Positions 19,231 to 28,599 are shown, counted from the stretch's first letter. The stretch: 32,000 bases of DNA from Candidatus Hermodarchaeota archaeon (GCA_048886185.1 JBHLKY010000032.1:1-32000), one strand, 5' to 3'. The notes: generated from the letters alone by a model not told the origin. Made by a program: numbers and translations.

Positions 19231-19974
19231 TTACCTTTTATTTGAATTTAAACTAGTTTTTGCATCCTTCTTTTCATAAAGATGAATACCACATTCCAGT
19301 TTCATAAAATCTTTCCATCTTCCATCTCTTTCATCCCCACCTTCATCTACAGGTGAAGTACAAGGTTTACAGCCAATACTGTAATAATATTGATCATGAA
19401 GTAAATTATATGGTAGATTATACTTTCTAATATACATCCATGCATCGTCTCGTGTCCATTTATACAGAGGATTGATTTTAATTACCCCTCGCTGATCAAT
19501 TTCAATGCTTTCAATTTCTGCTCTAGTTATTGATTGATCTCGCCTGATTGCGCTCAACCAAACCTGTTTTGATCTTAATATTCTAAGTAATGGCTCTACT
19601 TTTCGGTAATGACAACAAATATCTGGGTTAGTTTTATAGGGTTCCTTTCCAATTAGGTTCTCTAGCTCTGATTCAGTAAAAGAAGGTTGAATTGTTTTAA
19701 TATTCAGTTTCCATTCTTTTAATAATTTATCTCTCAATTTTAATGTTTCTTCAAAGTGAAACCGTGTATCAATAAAAAATATTTCAATCTCTGGAGCATA
19801 TTTCTTAATAATACTCAATAAGATTATACCACTATAACCAAATGCAGTTGTAACTGCCATTTGATCTTTAAATTCCTCATAAGCTAGTTTGACTATATTG
19901 TCTGCATCCATATCAATGAATATTTGCTTTAGACGTCTTACTGTCTCAATTTTTTCTGTTATTGTGAATTTCAT
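19231..19974 (-). CDS. cysH: APS/PAPS reductase, [4Fe-4S]-binding (CC...CxxC) type
   Basis: FFIDTRFHFEETL, PDICCHYRKVEPL, IRRDQSITRA, KINPLYKW, YYSIGCKPCT, ERDGRW, C-terminal ECGIH. Confidence 0.92.
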   Translation of the reverse strand: MKFTITEKIETVRRLKQIFIDMDADNIVKLAYEEFKDQMAVTTAFGYSGIILLSIIKKYAPEIEIFFIDTRFHFEETLKLRDKLLKEWKLNIKTIQPSFTESELENLIGKEPYKTNPDICCHYRKVEPLLRILRSKQVWLSAIRRDQSITRAEIESIEIDQRGVIKINPLYKWTRDDAWMYIRKYNLPYNLLHDQYYYSIGCKPCTSPVDEGGDERDGRWKDFMKLECGIHLYEKKDAKTSLNSNKR

Positions 19975-20007
19975 ACACTTTCCTCAGAATAGGCTAAAGA
20001 CAAATCC

Positions 20008-20035
20008 TTTAGAAACTATGATCTTTTAGAAACTA
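20008..20035. repeat. Perfect 11-bp direct repeat TTTAGAAACTA x2 (17-bp period) upstream of cysH
   Basis: Copies at 20008-20018 and 20025-20035, 34-61 bp upstream of the cysH start. Confidence 0.6.
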
Positions 20036-20125
20036 CAAACACCGCGTCACACAAACAAGAACTTCAACCTATAAGACCAAAATTTTGATTATCAGCTAAC
20101 CATTTTCACTCTTCACTTAATGACT

Positions 20126-20962
20126 TTAGAAGGGAATTGGATCATCATAGAGAGCTTCTAGTGCGTTTTGGTAAAAAAATGATTGCCAAACCTCTTCACG
20201 AATAGCATATTTCCATAGATTAATAGCTTCTTCGAATTCCACTAAGGGGTAGTCTGTTCCGAATAGACATCGTTTTTTAAGATAAGTATTGGCTGCTTGA
20301 ATAAATTCAGGTGCCATGTACTTTGGCCGAAGAGCACTAAATTCTAGGTAAATATTGGGATGACGTTGAGTTACTGCTAAAATTGGAGGCCCAAATCCAT
20401 TCCCACCATGAGAAACAATAATTTTGAGTTCAGGGAAATCCACTGCTATTCTATCAATACACTGTGGACTCCCATGCCACATGTAAGCTCCCCTCCAGAA
20501 GTGAATCGATCCATGAATTATTATTGGTTTCTGTAACAATTCACAAAGTCCGTAAATTGCATAAAATGACTTATGATCAGCATCTAATTTTGAAATAAAG
20601 GGTGAAAGATAAATAGCGGCATATTCTTCATCACAACATCGTTTTATTTCCTTTAAGGCAGATAATATCCCATCACAAATATCTACTCCACCTACTGGAA
20701 TAATTTCATTAAAAGATCCAGCGATTTCCTTGATATGTTCATTCTCTTCTCTGTTCCGTCCTGAAACAATCATTTTTTCTATACCTGATTTTTTAACTAA
20801 AATAATGAATTCTTCAACAGGAATGGGAGTCAGTCTTGTTTTCATCTTATATAATTCAATATAATCTTTGAAATAAGGTTTTATTTCAATTGTCCAATCT
20901 TTAAGTAAACATTCTGTCCTCAATCTTACTCTAGCATCAACAATTTTCATTTTACATCCCAA
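20126..20962 (-). CDS. Amidohydrolase_2-family (TIM barrel) protein with DxRxR in place of DxHxH
   Basis: IVDARVRLR, PIIIHGS, DFPELKIIVSHGG, HPNIYLEFS, LFGTDYP. The ATG at 20950 is the likelier start. Confidence 0.85.
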   Translation of the reverse strand: MGCKMKIVDARVRLRTECLLKDWTIEIKPYFKDYIELYKMKTRLTPIPVEEFIILVKKSGIEKMIVSGRNREENEHIKEIAGSFNEIIPVGGVDICDGILSALKEIKRCCDEEYAAIYLSPFISKLDADHKSFYAIYGLCELLQKPIIIHGSIHFWRGAYMWHGSPQCIDRIAVDFPELKIIVSHGGNGFGPPILAVTQRHPNIYLEFSALRPKYMAPEFIQAANTYLKKRCLFGTDYPLVEFEEAINLWKYAIREEVWQSFFYQNALEALYDDPIPF

Positions 20963-21031
20963 GAATTTCTATTACAAAAATTACTATTATATTTTGCAGT
21001 TATTCTATAATCATTCTCTTTTTTTTTGCTG

Positions 21032-22039
21032 TTAAACTTTTCCTAGAATTCTAGCTGGATTCCCAACAACAATTACTCCATCTGGAACATTTCCAGTAAC
21101 AACAGAACCCATACCTACTACTACCCCGTTTCCAACGGTAATCTTATGTCTAATTGTAGAATTAGCCCCAATCATACAATTACTACCTATTCTAGCTCCA
21201 CCAGTCACAATAGAATTTCCTAATATCATAGTATCATGACCGATACGCACATTATGAGTAACATGAGCCATAGGTCCGATAACACATCTATCACCAATTT
21301 CTGTTAGATTATCTTTGTTTGCTGCTCTATCAATGACAACACACGATCCTATAAAAACGTCATTACCTATTTTAACTCTTCCATCTTGGGGAAATCGAAC
21401 TATCTTTCCATTTTCATCCCAGACAGCGCCTATACTCGGAAATCCTATAACCACATTAGGCATTATGATTACTCTCTCTCCAATATCGACAAAATTTCTT
21501 TCAATCACTGCTGTAGGATGAATAAAAGGTGCTATAATTCCTTCTCCATGTTTACTCAATATTTCTCGGATATGTTCTAATTTTCTGTGCCAAATATGCC
21601 CAGTAACTAGAAAAACCTTATAATTTTCTTTAACATACGAAATAGTAATTGAGTCAATATTTACTAATGGACTAAACTTTTTTTTAATTTCCTCTTCACT
21701 CTCAAAGTAACTGTCATGTGAATTTACTGGATAACTAGGCACTATCAGAATTATTTTTTGACCCGGACGTAATAATGACAGTATAAATATATCATCTTTT
21801 AAACACTCCTTGACATCTATTAGCACAAAATCCCAATTATATCCAGTATGAGACTTTAAATATTGCTTTATATCGAGTTTTGAAAGATCAACACTGAAAT
21901 AATCAAAATGGTCTTGGAAAAACTCTTTCCTGAATTGATCACTCCCAGAACTTATATGAATAACAGTTTTTGCTCGTTCTTGTTTCAATGTATTTAGTAT
22001 AGTTTCCCACATTGGAGACCAAAGACTTTTAGAACTCAA
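21032..22039 (-). CDS. Fusion of a degenerate class I SAM-methyltransferase-like domain and an LpxD-like left-handed beta-helix acyltransferase
   Basis: C-terminal half: GFPSIG..WDENG..RFPQDGRVKIGNDVFIGSCVVIDRA...TEIG..C.IG..AHVTHNVRIG...GNPAR. N-terminal half has the Rossmann MTase layout with IHISSGSD where LDxGCGxG is expected. TTG start with GGAGTG upstream. Confidence 0.75.
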   Translation of the reverse strand: MSSKSLWSPMWETILNTLKQERAKTVIHISSGSDQFRKEFFQDHFDYFSVDLSKLDIKQYLKSHTGYNWDFVLIDVKECLKDDIFILSLLRPGQKIILIVPSYPVNSHDSYFESEEEIKKKFSPLVNIDSITISYVKENYKVFLVTGHIWHRKLEHIREILSKHGEGIIAPFIHPTAVIERNFVDIGERVIIMPNVVIGFPSIGAVWDENGKIVRFPQDGRVKIGNDVFIGSCVVIDRAANKDNLTEIGDRCVIGPMAHVTHNVRIGHDTMILGNSIVTGGARIGSNCMIGANSTIRHKITVGNGVVVGMGSVVTGNVPDGVIVVGNPARILGKV

Positions 22040-22401
22040 ACAGTTCTACACTCCTATTAAACCTTACACCTTGTCGAGATTTCCTTTACTTTTTTAGATA
22101 GTTGGATTCCCTATTCTCTTACTCATATTGATGATTGTGTCAATTCAATTTGTTCTCCACTAAAATGATTTCGATAAATGATATTTTTAATTATCAAGAA
22201 ATTTGATGACCTCTTTTCACAGATAAACAGAAATAAAAATACTAATGGCTCCCTATATACTAGAAAAAAATTAACATTAGAAATTAGAAATAGAAATTCA
22301 GTTAAAATAGAAAAAGGGAGTTACTGATGAAATTCAACTAGTAATGAGGAAAGATATCTTGTTGATAATTATTTACAATGACATGTAAATTATTAGCATT
22401 A

Positions 22402-22953
22402 TTATTTCTTTTTTATAAGTCCCTTAATTCTTGGATCTAATTCTCTTAGTCGTTCAACTTCCTCATCGGTTAAATCCCTAACCTTTTTTGCCGGAATCCC
22501 CATATATACTCCAGATTCTAAACAGTCCTTAGTAACAAGCGATAGAGTTCCAATGACACATTCTGGGGCAATTTTAACAGAAGCATCAATAACAGCATTC
22601 GTACCAATATAGCTATTTTTTCCTATGACTGTTCCTCCTCTTATTTCGTTTTTATGAGTTGAATAAATTGTCATCACATTTGGTGAAATAAATACACCAT
22701 CCTCCACAGTGACTTCTCTAGCCACTGTAGCTCCAAATCTCAATACAACATTATTACCTATCTTATTTATTCCCGAAGAACGGAAATAACTATCAACGTA
22801 AACATTATTCCCAATTTTCGTCCCTTTTTTAAGTAAGACATAATTTTGAATGTCAATATTGTCACCAACTACACATTCATTTTGAATAATATTATATGTA
22901 CCAATACTGAAATTTTTCCCGTGAATAAAGTCAGCAGCTATACTGTTTTCCAT
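22402..22953 (-). CDS. Hexapeptide-repeat (left-handed beta-helix) acyltransferase
   Basis: Repeated [LIV]G-x4 hexapeptides, FISPNVMT, TVIGKNSYIGTNAVI, C-terminal YMGIPAKKVR. Confidence 0.85.
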   Translation of the reverse strand: MENSIAADFIHGKNFSIGTYNIIQNECVVGDNIDIQNYVLLKKGTKIGNNVYVDSYFRSSGINKIGNNVVLRFGATVAREVTVEDGVFISPNVMTIYSTHKNEIRGGTVIGKNSYIGTNAVIDASVKIAPECVIGTLSLVTKDCLESGVYMGIPAKKVRDLTDEEVERLRELDPRIKGLIKKK

Positions 22954-23064
22954 TTTAATTCATCCCTTAAAAATCGAGATTGGACTTTTTCCTAAGCATA
23001 TAAATTTTGTTAAAAAGAATTTAAAATCGACCTCAAAGATAGATTCTTTGATCTAGTAGGTTAC

Positions 23065-24156
23065 TTAATTTAGTTCATCAATAGCTAATTCAAGCCTCTC
23101 AAGTCCTTTCTTTAATTCTATTGTCTCTCCTCCAAAACCAATACGGAAGAAAGAATCCATCTTGAAGCAATAACCGGGAACAGTGAATGTTCGATATTTT
23201 TCCACTAAAAGACGACATAATTCTCTTGATGATTCATAAAATCGGGGAAAACATGTAACACTACCTTCAGGAGGAATGACATTTAAGTAATCGTTATTTT
23301 TAACCCAGTCCAAGACTAACTTACGATTAATGTTTACCCGCTGTAATATTCCAGGTAAATAATCTTCCTTCCTACGAAGAAGTTGGAGAGCTATTGATTC
23401 GTTTATAGCGGAGTTGCATATCGTTGTTTGCTCTCGTACCTTCAAAATACCTTTTATAATCTCTTTTTCACAAGCTGCTGACCATCCTATTCTTATTCCT
23501 GGAACTCCATAAACCTTAGACATTGTAGAAACGCTGATTACATTGGAACTTAAGCTGGCTGCAGGAGGTAGGGGGTCTCCAAATGTTAAATCCCGATATG
23601 TTTCATCCATCAACATATAGATCCCTCGTTCCTCAACCATTTCTATTATGTTTTCCAGCTCTTTTTTTGTTATCATAGATCCTGTAGGATTATTAGGATG
23701 TGTCAGACAAATTAATTTGGTATTTGGTTTAATCAATGCTTCCAATTCTTGTAAATTTGGTTTGAATTGTTCCTCATATCTTAAGAAGAACAGATCCATG
23801 GATCGCTCAAGGGATTCGGGAATGTACCAGAATGAGGGGTAATTTGGACATTCTACAATGATATGATCTTCTATCTTTGTTAGAGAGGCGATTATTGAAA
23901 AAATAGATTCAGCTGCACCTGTTGTTATTGCGATGTTTTTCCAGCTGAGACCCTCATAGAGATTGGCGATCTGTTTTCTTAGTTCAGGGCTACCGAGGTG
24001 TTGAGTGTATCTTAATTCTACATTGTTTAAATCTAGATCCAACTGTCTAAATTTAAGGAATTTCACCCCACTTTCCCCAATATCATAATCCACTTCAAAT
24101 TGGTACTTATCAAACCATTCTTCCAGAAGCATTCGTTTAAAGGGCATAATAATCAT
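23065..24156 (-). CDS. PLP-dependent class I/II aminotransferase-fold enzyme
   Basis: FKRMLLEEWF, YDIGESG, TTGAAES, THPNNPTG, MDETY, STMSKVYGVPGIRIGW (PLP Lys), VPGYCF, FRIGFG. Confidence 0.9.
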   Translation of the reverse strand: MIIMPFKRMLLEEWFDKYQFEVDYDIGESGVKFLKFRQLDLDLNNVELRYTQHLGSPELRKQIANLYEGLSWKNIAITTGAAESIFSIIASLTKIEDHIIVECPNYPSFWYIPESLERSMDLFFLRYEEQFKPNLQELEALIKPNTKLICLTHPNNPTGSMITKKELENIIEMVEERGIYMLMDETYRDLTFGDPLPPAASLSSNVISVSTMSKVYGVPGIRIGWSAACEKEIIKGILKVREQTTICNSAINESIALQLLRRKEDYLPGILQRVNINRKLVLDWVKNNDYLNVIPPEGSVTCFPRFYESSRELCRLLVEKYRTFTVPGYCFKMDSFFRIGFGGETIELKKGLERLELAIDELN

Positions 24157-24244
24157 AACTTATGCAGATTCTTTTATTAATCTTTAGAAAAGAAGATTTG
24201 AAAACTTATTAATGATTAATATAATGACTAGAATCACAACCTAG

Positions 24245-25582
24245 ATGAATCATTATATGAAAGACAATGATTTGTCATGGAGGATAAGTACGCTGAAACT
24301 AGGCTCTATGCAACCTCCAAAAAAGTATAAATTCCTTCAAGAGCAGGTTTTCGAGGGTATTTGGCCTTTTAACAAAGTTAAATCCCCCATAAATGTTATT
24401 ATTTTAATGTCAGTCTATATAATCTGGGGTACCGTTCTCTATAGTTATTACCAGATCCCTCCCTACTTTTTTATTGCTGGGATATTGAGCGCATTCGGCC
24501 TCTTCATATGGACCATTGGAATTTTTTCGTATGCAAGAAAATTAAGAGAGATAGAGGTTGAACGAATCAATGTTGTTAACAAAAAATTCCTCATAGGGTT
24601 TTTAGAGAATTTATTTCATCCTTCCTCTATTGTGATCAGCGTTTTAATGTTTACTGTAGTCACGACATATTATTTTTCTGTTACTTCTTTTGGTATTGAA
24701 AATCTCATCACAAATATCCAGAAAGAGATGAATAATGAGCTTTTACCACCAATTCTTCTATCATTCATACTATTATTAACCTTTGATCTCTGTTATAGGC
24801 TGGGACTCTCATTATATGTAATCTTAACCCAAATCCGTCGCAATCTCCGCCTTACTCAATATCTAAGATCTCCTATTCTCAAGACTCATTTTTCTGCAAA
24901 TGATATTAGAAATCTGGAAAGAGCTGATTATAATCACTATTTGGCTATAAGTGGTGGATTATTTCTATTACCTCTCCTTTTATTCGATCATGTGTTACTA
25001 GTTGCTCTTAGCACCTATCTTTTAGTTACATCTTTACTAACAGCAATTAATTTACTCCATTTACGATTTCTTTATGTCCGAGCTATTCCAAAGGGAATGC
25101 TATCTCTCTTACGGTCTGCAAGATTTGCTAAGGTTGGAACATGCTCATTTGAAAGACTCCCCCATGTCACTCCTTCTTTATTCACCTTTGACGGGAGAAA
25201 TATCTTTATTGCTACTTCTATCAAAAGTAAAAAAGTCAAGAATCTCTCCCAGGTAAAAGAAATATCCATTTTTATTGATTCAAATACGAATAGGGATTTT
25301 TCAAAGAGTATTGGAGTGTTAATCACAGGACGTGCTCGAGTATATGGTCACAACATAACCTCTGGAATCCTTTACTACTTAATCCTAGGATTCCGTATAC
25401 TCCGAATTTACTTTCTATTTAGGAGAAAGTATCCTGATTATATCTCTGAATATTGGAAAGAGAATCGAAACTTACCTCGCGCATGGAGAATATTTCCTAT
25501 CATTAGTAGAACAATAGTTGAAATTGTACCAGAGAACTTTTACTTCTGGAAGGCTTCAAGACCAACTCTAGTGAAATTTTGA
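24245..25582 (+). CDS. Membrane protein (about 6 TM) with a C-terminal pyridoxamine-5'-phosphate-oxidase-like split-barrel domain
   Basis: N-terminal hydrophobic segments, then PHVTPSLFTFDG..FIATSIKSKKVKNL...IFID...GVLITGRARV...RRKYP.Y...VEIVPENFYFW. Confidence 0.75.
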   Translation: MNHYMKDNDLSWRISTLKLGSMQPPKKYKFLQEQVFEGIWPFNKVKSPINVIILMSVYIIWGTVLYSYYQIPPYFFIAGILSAFGLFIWTIGIFSYARKLREIEVERINVVNKKFLIGFLENLFHPSSIVISVLMFTVVTTYYFSVTSFGIENLITNIQKEMNNELLPPILLSFILLLTFDLCYRLGLSLYVILTQIRRNLRLTQYLRSPILKTHFSANDIRNLERADYNHYLAISGGLFLLPLLLFDHVLLVALSTYLLVTSLLTAINLLHLRFLYVRAIPKGMLSLLRSARFAKVGTCSFERLPHVTPSLFTFDGRNIFIATSIKSKKVKNLSQVKEISIFIDSNTNRDFSKSIGVLITGRARVYGHNITSGILYYLILGFRILRIYFLFRRKYPDYISEYWKENRNLPRAWRIFPIISRTIVEIVPENFYFWKASRPTLVKF

Positions 25583-26121
25583 GATCATGTGATGAAATAA
25601 TGAAAGTTGAGTGCGAACTGAATGGTCATACTTGTTATTTACCTGAATTTATAGCCCATTTCTTTACAAAATCATCCCTAATGTACTGCAGTACTATTAA
25701 CTCTAATAGAAAACCTCACATTCAACCGATAATGTTTGTTATTGAAAAGAATAAGTGTATTCTATTTTTCCTAGCTTACAATAAATCTATCACAGCAACT
25801 AATCTCTATGCAAATCCAAACGTTGCTTTTACAATAGACAAAACACACCCTAAAAATCCATTCTGGAATAATGGAATCATGATAGAAGCAATTTCTCAGA
25901 TGAGTAAATCTCAAGAAGATATCCAGATGTGTTATGACAACTTACAAAAAAAGTACGGATCTGCAATCATCACTAAGGTACTCGGGGTAGATATTATAAG
26001 TAATTATTCAAGAGTACGAGCTCTACCAACTAAGATAATATTCTGGAAAGGCCCATACTTTAAAAAATTTAAATGTAAGTATAAGAAAAAAGAAATTCTA
26101 GAAAAATTACTGAAAAAGTAG
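25579..26121 (+). CDS. Stand-alone PNPOx-like (FMN/F420-binding split barrel) protein
   Basis: YCSTINSNRKPHIQPIMFV, NLYANPNVAFTID, NGIMIEA, LQKKYG, ALPTKIIFWKG. It overlaps the upstream stop. The ATG at 25600 is an alternative start. Confidence 0.75.
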   Translation: MRSCDEIMKVECELNGHTCYLPEFIAHFFTKSSLMYCSTINSNRKPHIQPIMFVIEKNKCILFFLAYNKSITATNLYANPNVAFTIDKTHPKNPFWNNGIMIEAISQMSKSQEDIQMCYDNLQKKYGSAIITKVLGVDIISNYSRVRALPTKIIFWKGPYFKKFKCKYKKKEILEKLLKK

Positions 26122-26166
26122 TCTGTCTGCTGATATTAACTCTTCTGTTTTATAGAGTGACAAATT

Positions 26167-28599
26167 ATGATAGACTTTACCGAAACAAAAGAGAAAATAA
26201 CAATCCAAGGAGATAAACTCAAAATTGAGATATCTCAATTAACAAGGAAGGTAAAAATTTCATCTTTGATAACAAATTTCAGTCTCGATAGAATAGAACC
26301 AGCAATAAATCTTTTAATAAATAATAAAATAATTACATTATTACCAGTAGGTAGAAGCACCAATTCAGTTATAGAAACTTTAATTTTAGATGAACTTGGA
26401 ATAGGAAAACAATTTTTAATAAACCTAGTATTTAATAACACTCATGATAAGAAGAATATTACTATAGAAGCTCAATTAGCGATTATTTTATATGAAGACT
26501 CGGATTTTTGTATACTTAAACTTATTATTCCAAAGGAAGCTTCAAAATTTCTAAATTATTCATTACACTCTTTAGCACCATTAAGAATTACTGATGGAAC
26601 TATAATTTTAAATGAGGAAAATAAGACTCATCCTGAGAAAATCACTTTTTTTGAACAAGGTTTTCAAAGCTGGAGCTATACAAAGACCCGTTTATTTAAT
26701 GAAGCCTTCGAACCTATATTTATTGATGTTTTTGCATCTATCAACCAAAACAAGGATTCAATAATCACTGGACGATATATATCAGAATTTATAACTGCTA
26801 TTTCTGATATAGAGAGTAAAGGAAGTTTAATCATAGGTTTTTGCACATTAGCAGACACCTACTCTCGAATTGTAATGGATCACTTAATTGGGCCATCAAA
26901 AATTTCTTGGTTAACCGCATATTCTCAGTTTGATGGCATTCCAATTAATCAATTGAAAAAACAGCCAGTTTGTTCTGAAGAATTATTCATCAGTTTTGAA
27001 CCGCGTTTTCAAGGATACTTAGGATTGATTAAATATGCTGAAGTTACAGGGAAGAAGATGAATGTAACGATCCACCAGCCCAAAGTAGGATGGTGTAGCT
27101 GGTATTATTACTATACTAATATCTCTAATAAAGAGTTGCTTTCAAATGTAAAATACTTTAAACAATCACCAGAAATCTCTGTCGATATGTTACAACTTGA
27201 TGATGGATATTTCACAGCAATTGGAGATTATACTTCGTTTAATGATAAATTTTCAAATGGCCTTTCTGATTTTGTTACTTTAACCCATGAACAAGGAAAA
27301 ACAGCAGGATTATGGATTGCTCCATTTTTTGCAGCAGAAAATTCAGAAATATATAGCAAACATCCAGAATGGTTTTTAAAATCGGTAATTGATAACGAAC
27401 CGTTACCTGTTTGTTATAACTGGGATCAAACCGAATATGCTCTAGATCTTACTAATTCAGAGGTTCAAAATCACATAAAAACACTCATTCAAACTATAAT
27501 AGATGAATGGCATTTTGATTTCATAAAAATTGACTTTCTATATGCTGCTTCCGTTTTTGAAAGTGACTATCTCGTAAAGGGATTGACTCGTGCTCAGATC
27601 TATCGAAAAGGACTCGAAATAATTCGACAAAAGATGGGGAAGGAGAAATATCTATTAGGATGTGGAGCGCCTTTGGGCCCAAGCATTGGACTTGTGGATG
27701 CAATGCGTATCAGTGAAGATACTAAAGAGCTATGGGACACTGGAGAGAATCCGATATATGGGTATCCTTGTTTAAAATACGCCTTGATTGGGAGTATTAA
27801 TCGTTCGTTTATGCATAATAATTTTTGGGTTAATGATCCTGATTGTCTAATTCTACGGAAGAAAGAAAGCGAGTTAACATTTGAAGAAGTAAAACTGCAG
27901 TGCACGATTTTTGGATTAACAGGGGGCCAGCTATTATTATCAGATGATATGACAAGGCTTGAGGAGGATAGATTAAGATTAGCTTTAAAGCTAATGCCTC
28001 CTTATGCAGAATCTGCAATCCCAATTGATACTTTATATGAATCCTTTCCCATACATTATTTGTTAGAAACAGAAACAGAAATAGGATCAAGAGCTCTCCT
28101 AGCTGTCATTAATTGGAATAATGAAGTTGTTAATCGAAACTTAGTTTTAAAAGATATTCTCACAGCTAGCATGGGATCCTCTTCTCAATTTCTTGTTTTT
28201 GACTGGTGGCAAGAAGCATTATTAGGATGTTTCAGTTATGAAGATTCAATTATACCTCTTGAGATCCCACCACATGGATGTCGTTATCTGGGGATCATTC
28301 CCTATGAAGATTCAACACTACCTCTACTGCTTTCATCCACTTTGCACATTACTCAAGGATGTAAAGAGATAAAAAAGCTAAAAATAAGCTCTAATTCCAT
28401 CGAACTAGGCCTTAATCAGCGAGGATTGCACACAGGGGAATTATTTTTTTTATTTCCCCAGAATACGAAAGAGATTTCAGCAGAATACCCAATGGCTAAA
28501 CAATACAATGAGTGGGGAATCTTATGTCGTCTAAAAATCAGATTATTAGATCAAAAAGATATCAAAATAGAGTTTAAATCAATAGATAAAGGGGAGTAA
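26167..28599 (+). CDS. Glycoside hydrolase family 36 alpha-galactosidase
   Basis: GWCSWY, LQLDDGY, GLWIAPF, IKIDFLY (nucleophile Asp), GCGAPL, MRISEDT (acid/base Asp), NDPDCL. Confidence 0.88.
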   Translation: MIDFTETKEKITIQGDKLKIEISQLTRKVKISSLITNFSLDRIEPAINLLINNKIITLLPVGRSTNSVIETLILDELGIGKQFLINLVFNNTHDKKNITIEAQLAIILYEDSDFCILKLIIPKEASKFLNYSLHSLAPLRITDGTIILNEENKTHPEKITFFEQGFQSWSYTKTRLFNEAFEPIFIDVFASINQNKDSIITGRYISEFITAISDIESKGSLIIGFCTLADTYSRIVMDHLIGPSKISWLTAYSQFDGIPINQLKKQPVCSEELFISFEPRFQGYLGLIKYAEVTGKKMNVTIHQPKVGWCSWYYYYTNISNKELLSNVKYFKQSPEISVDMLQLDDGYFTAIGDYTSFNDKFSNGLSDFVTLTHEQGKTAGLWIAPFFAAENSEIYSKHPEWFLKSVIDNEPLPVCYNWDQTEYALDLTNSEVQNHIKTLIQTIIDEWHFDFIKIDFLYAASVFESDYLVKGLTRAQIYRKGLEIIRQKMGKEKYLLGCGAPLGPSIGLVDAMRISEDTKELWDTGENPIYGYPCLKYALIGSINRSFMHNNFWVNDPDCLILRKKESELTFEEVKLQCTIFGLTGGQLLLSDDMTRLEEDRLRLALKLMPPYAESAIPIDTLYESFPIHYLLETETEIGSRALLAVINWNNEVVNRNLVLKDILTASMGSSSQFLVFDWWQEALLGCFSYEDSIIPLEIPPHGCRYLGIIPYEDSTLPLLLSSTLHITQGCKEIKKLKISSNSIELGLNQRGLHTGELFFLFPQNTKEISAEYPMAKQYNEWGILCRLKIRLLDQKDIKIEFKSIDKGE

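Noticed and set aside
21032-21560. Genuine lpxD / lipid A biosynthesis or bacterial contamination
   Set aside because: It lacks the LpxD N-terminal uridine-binding domain, no other lpx genes are present, and the surrounding genes and signals look archaeal.
22260-22320. TAGAAA-type short repeats in the 22040-22401 gap as a mini-array
   Set aside because: Degenerate low-complexity sequence forming the T-rich terminator-like tract on the minus strand. There is no spacer structure.
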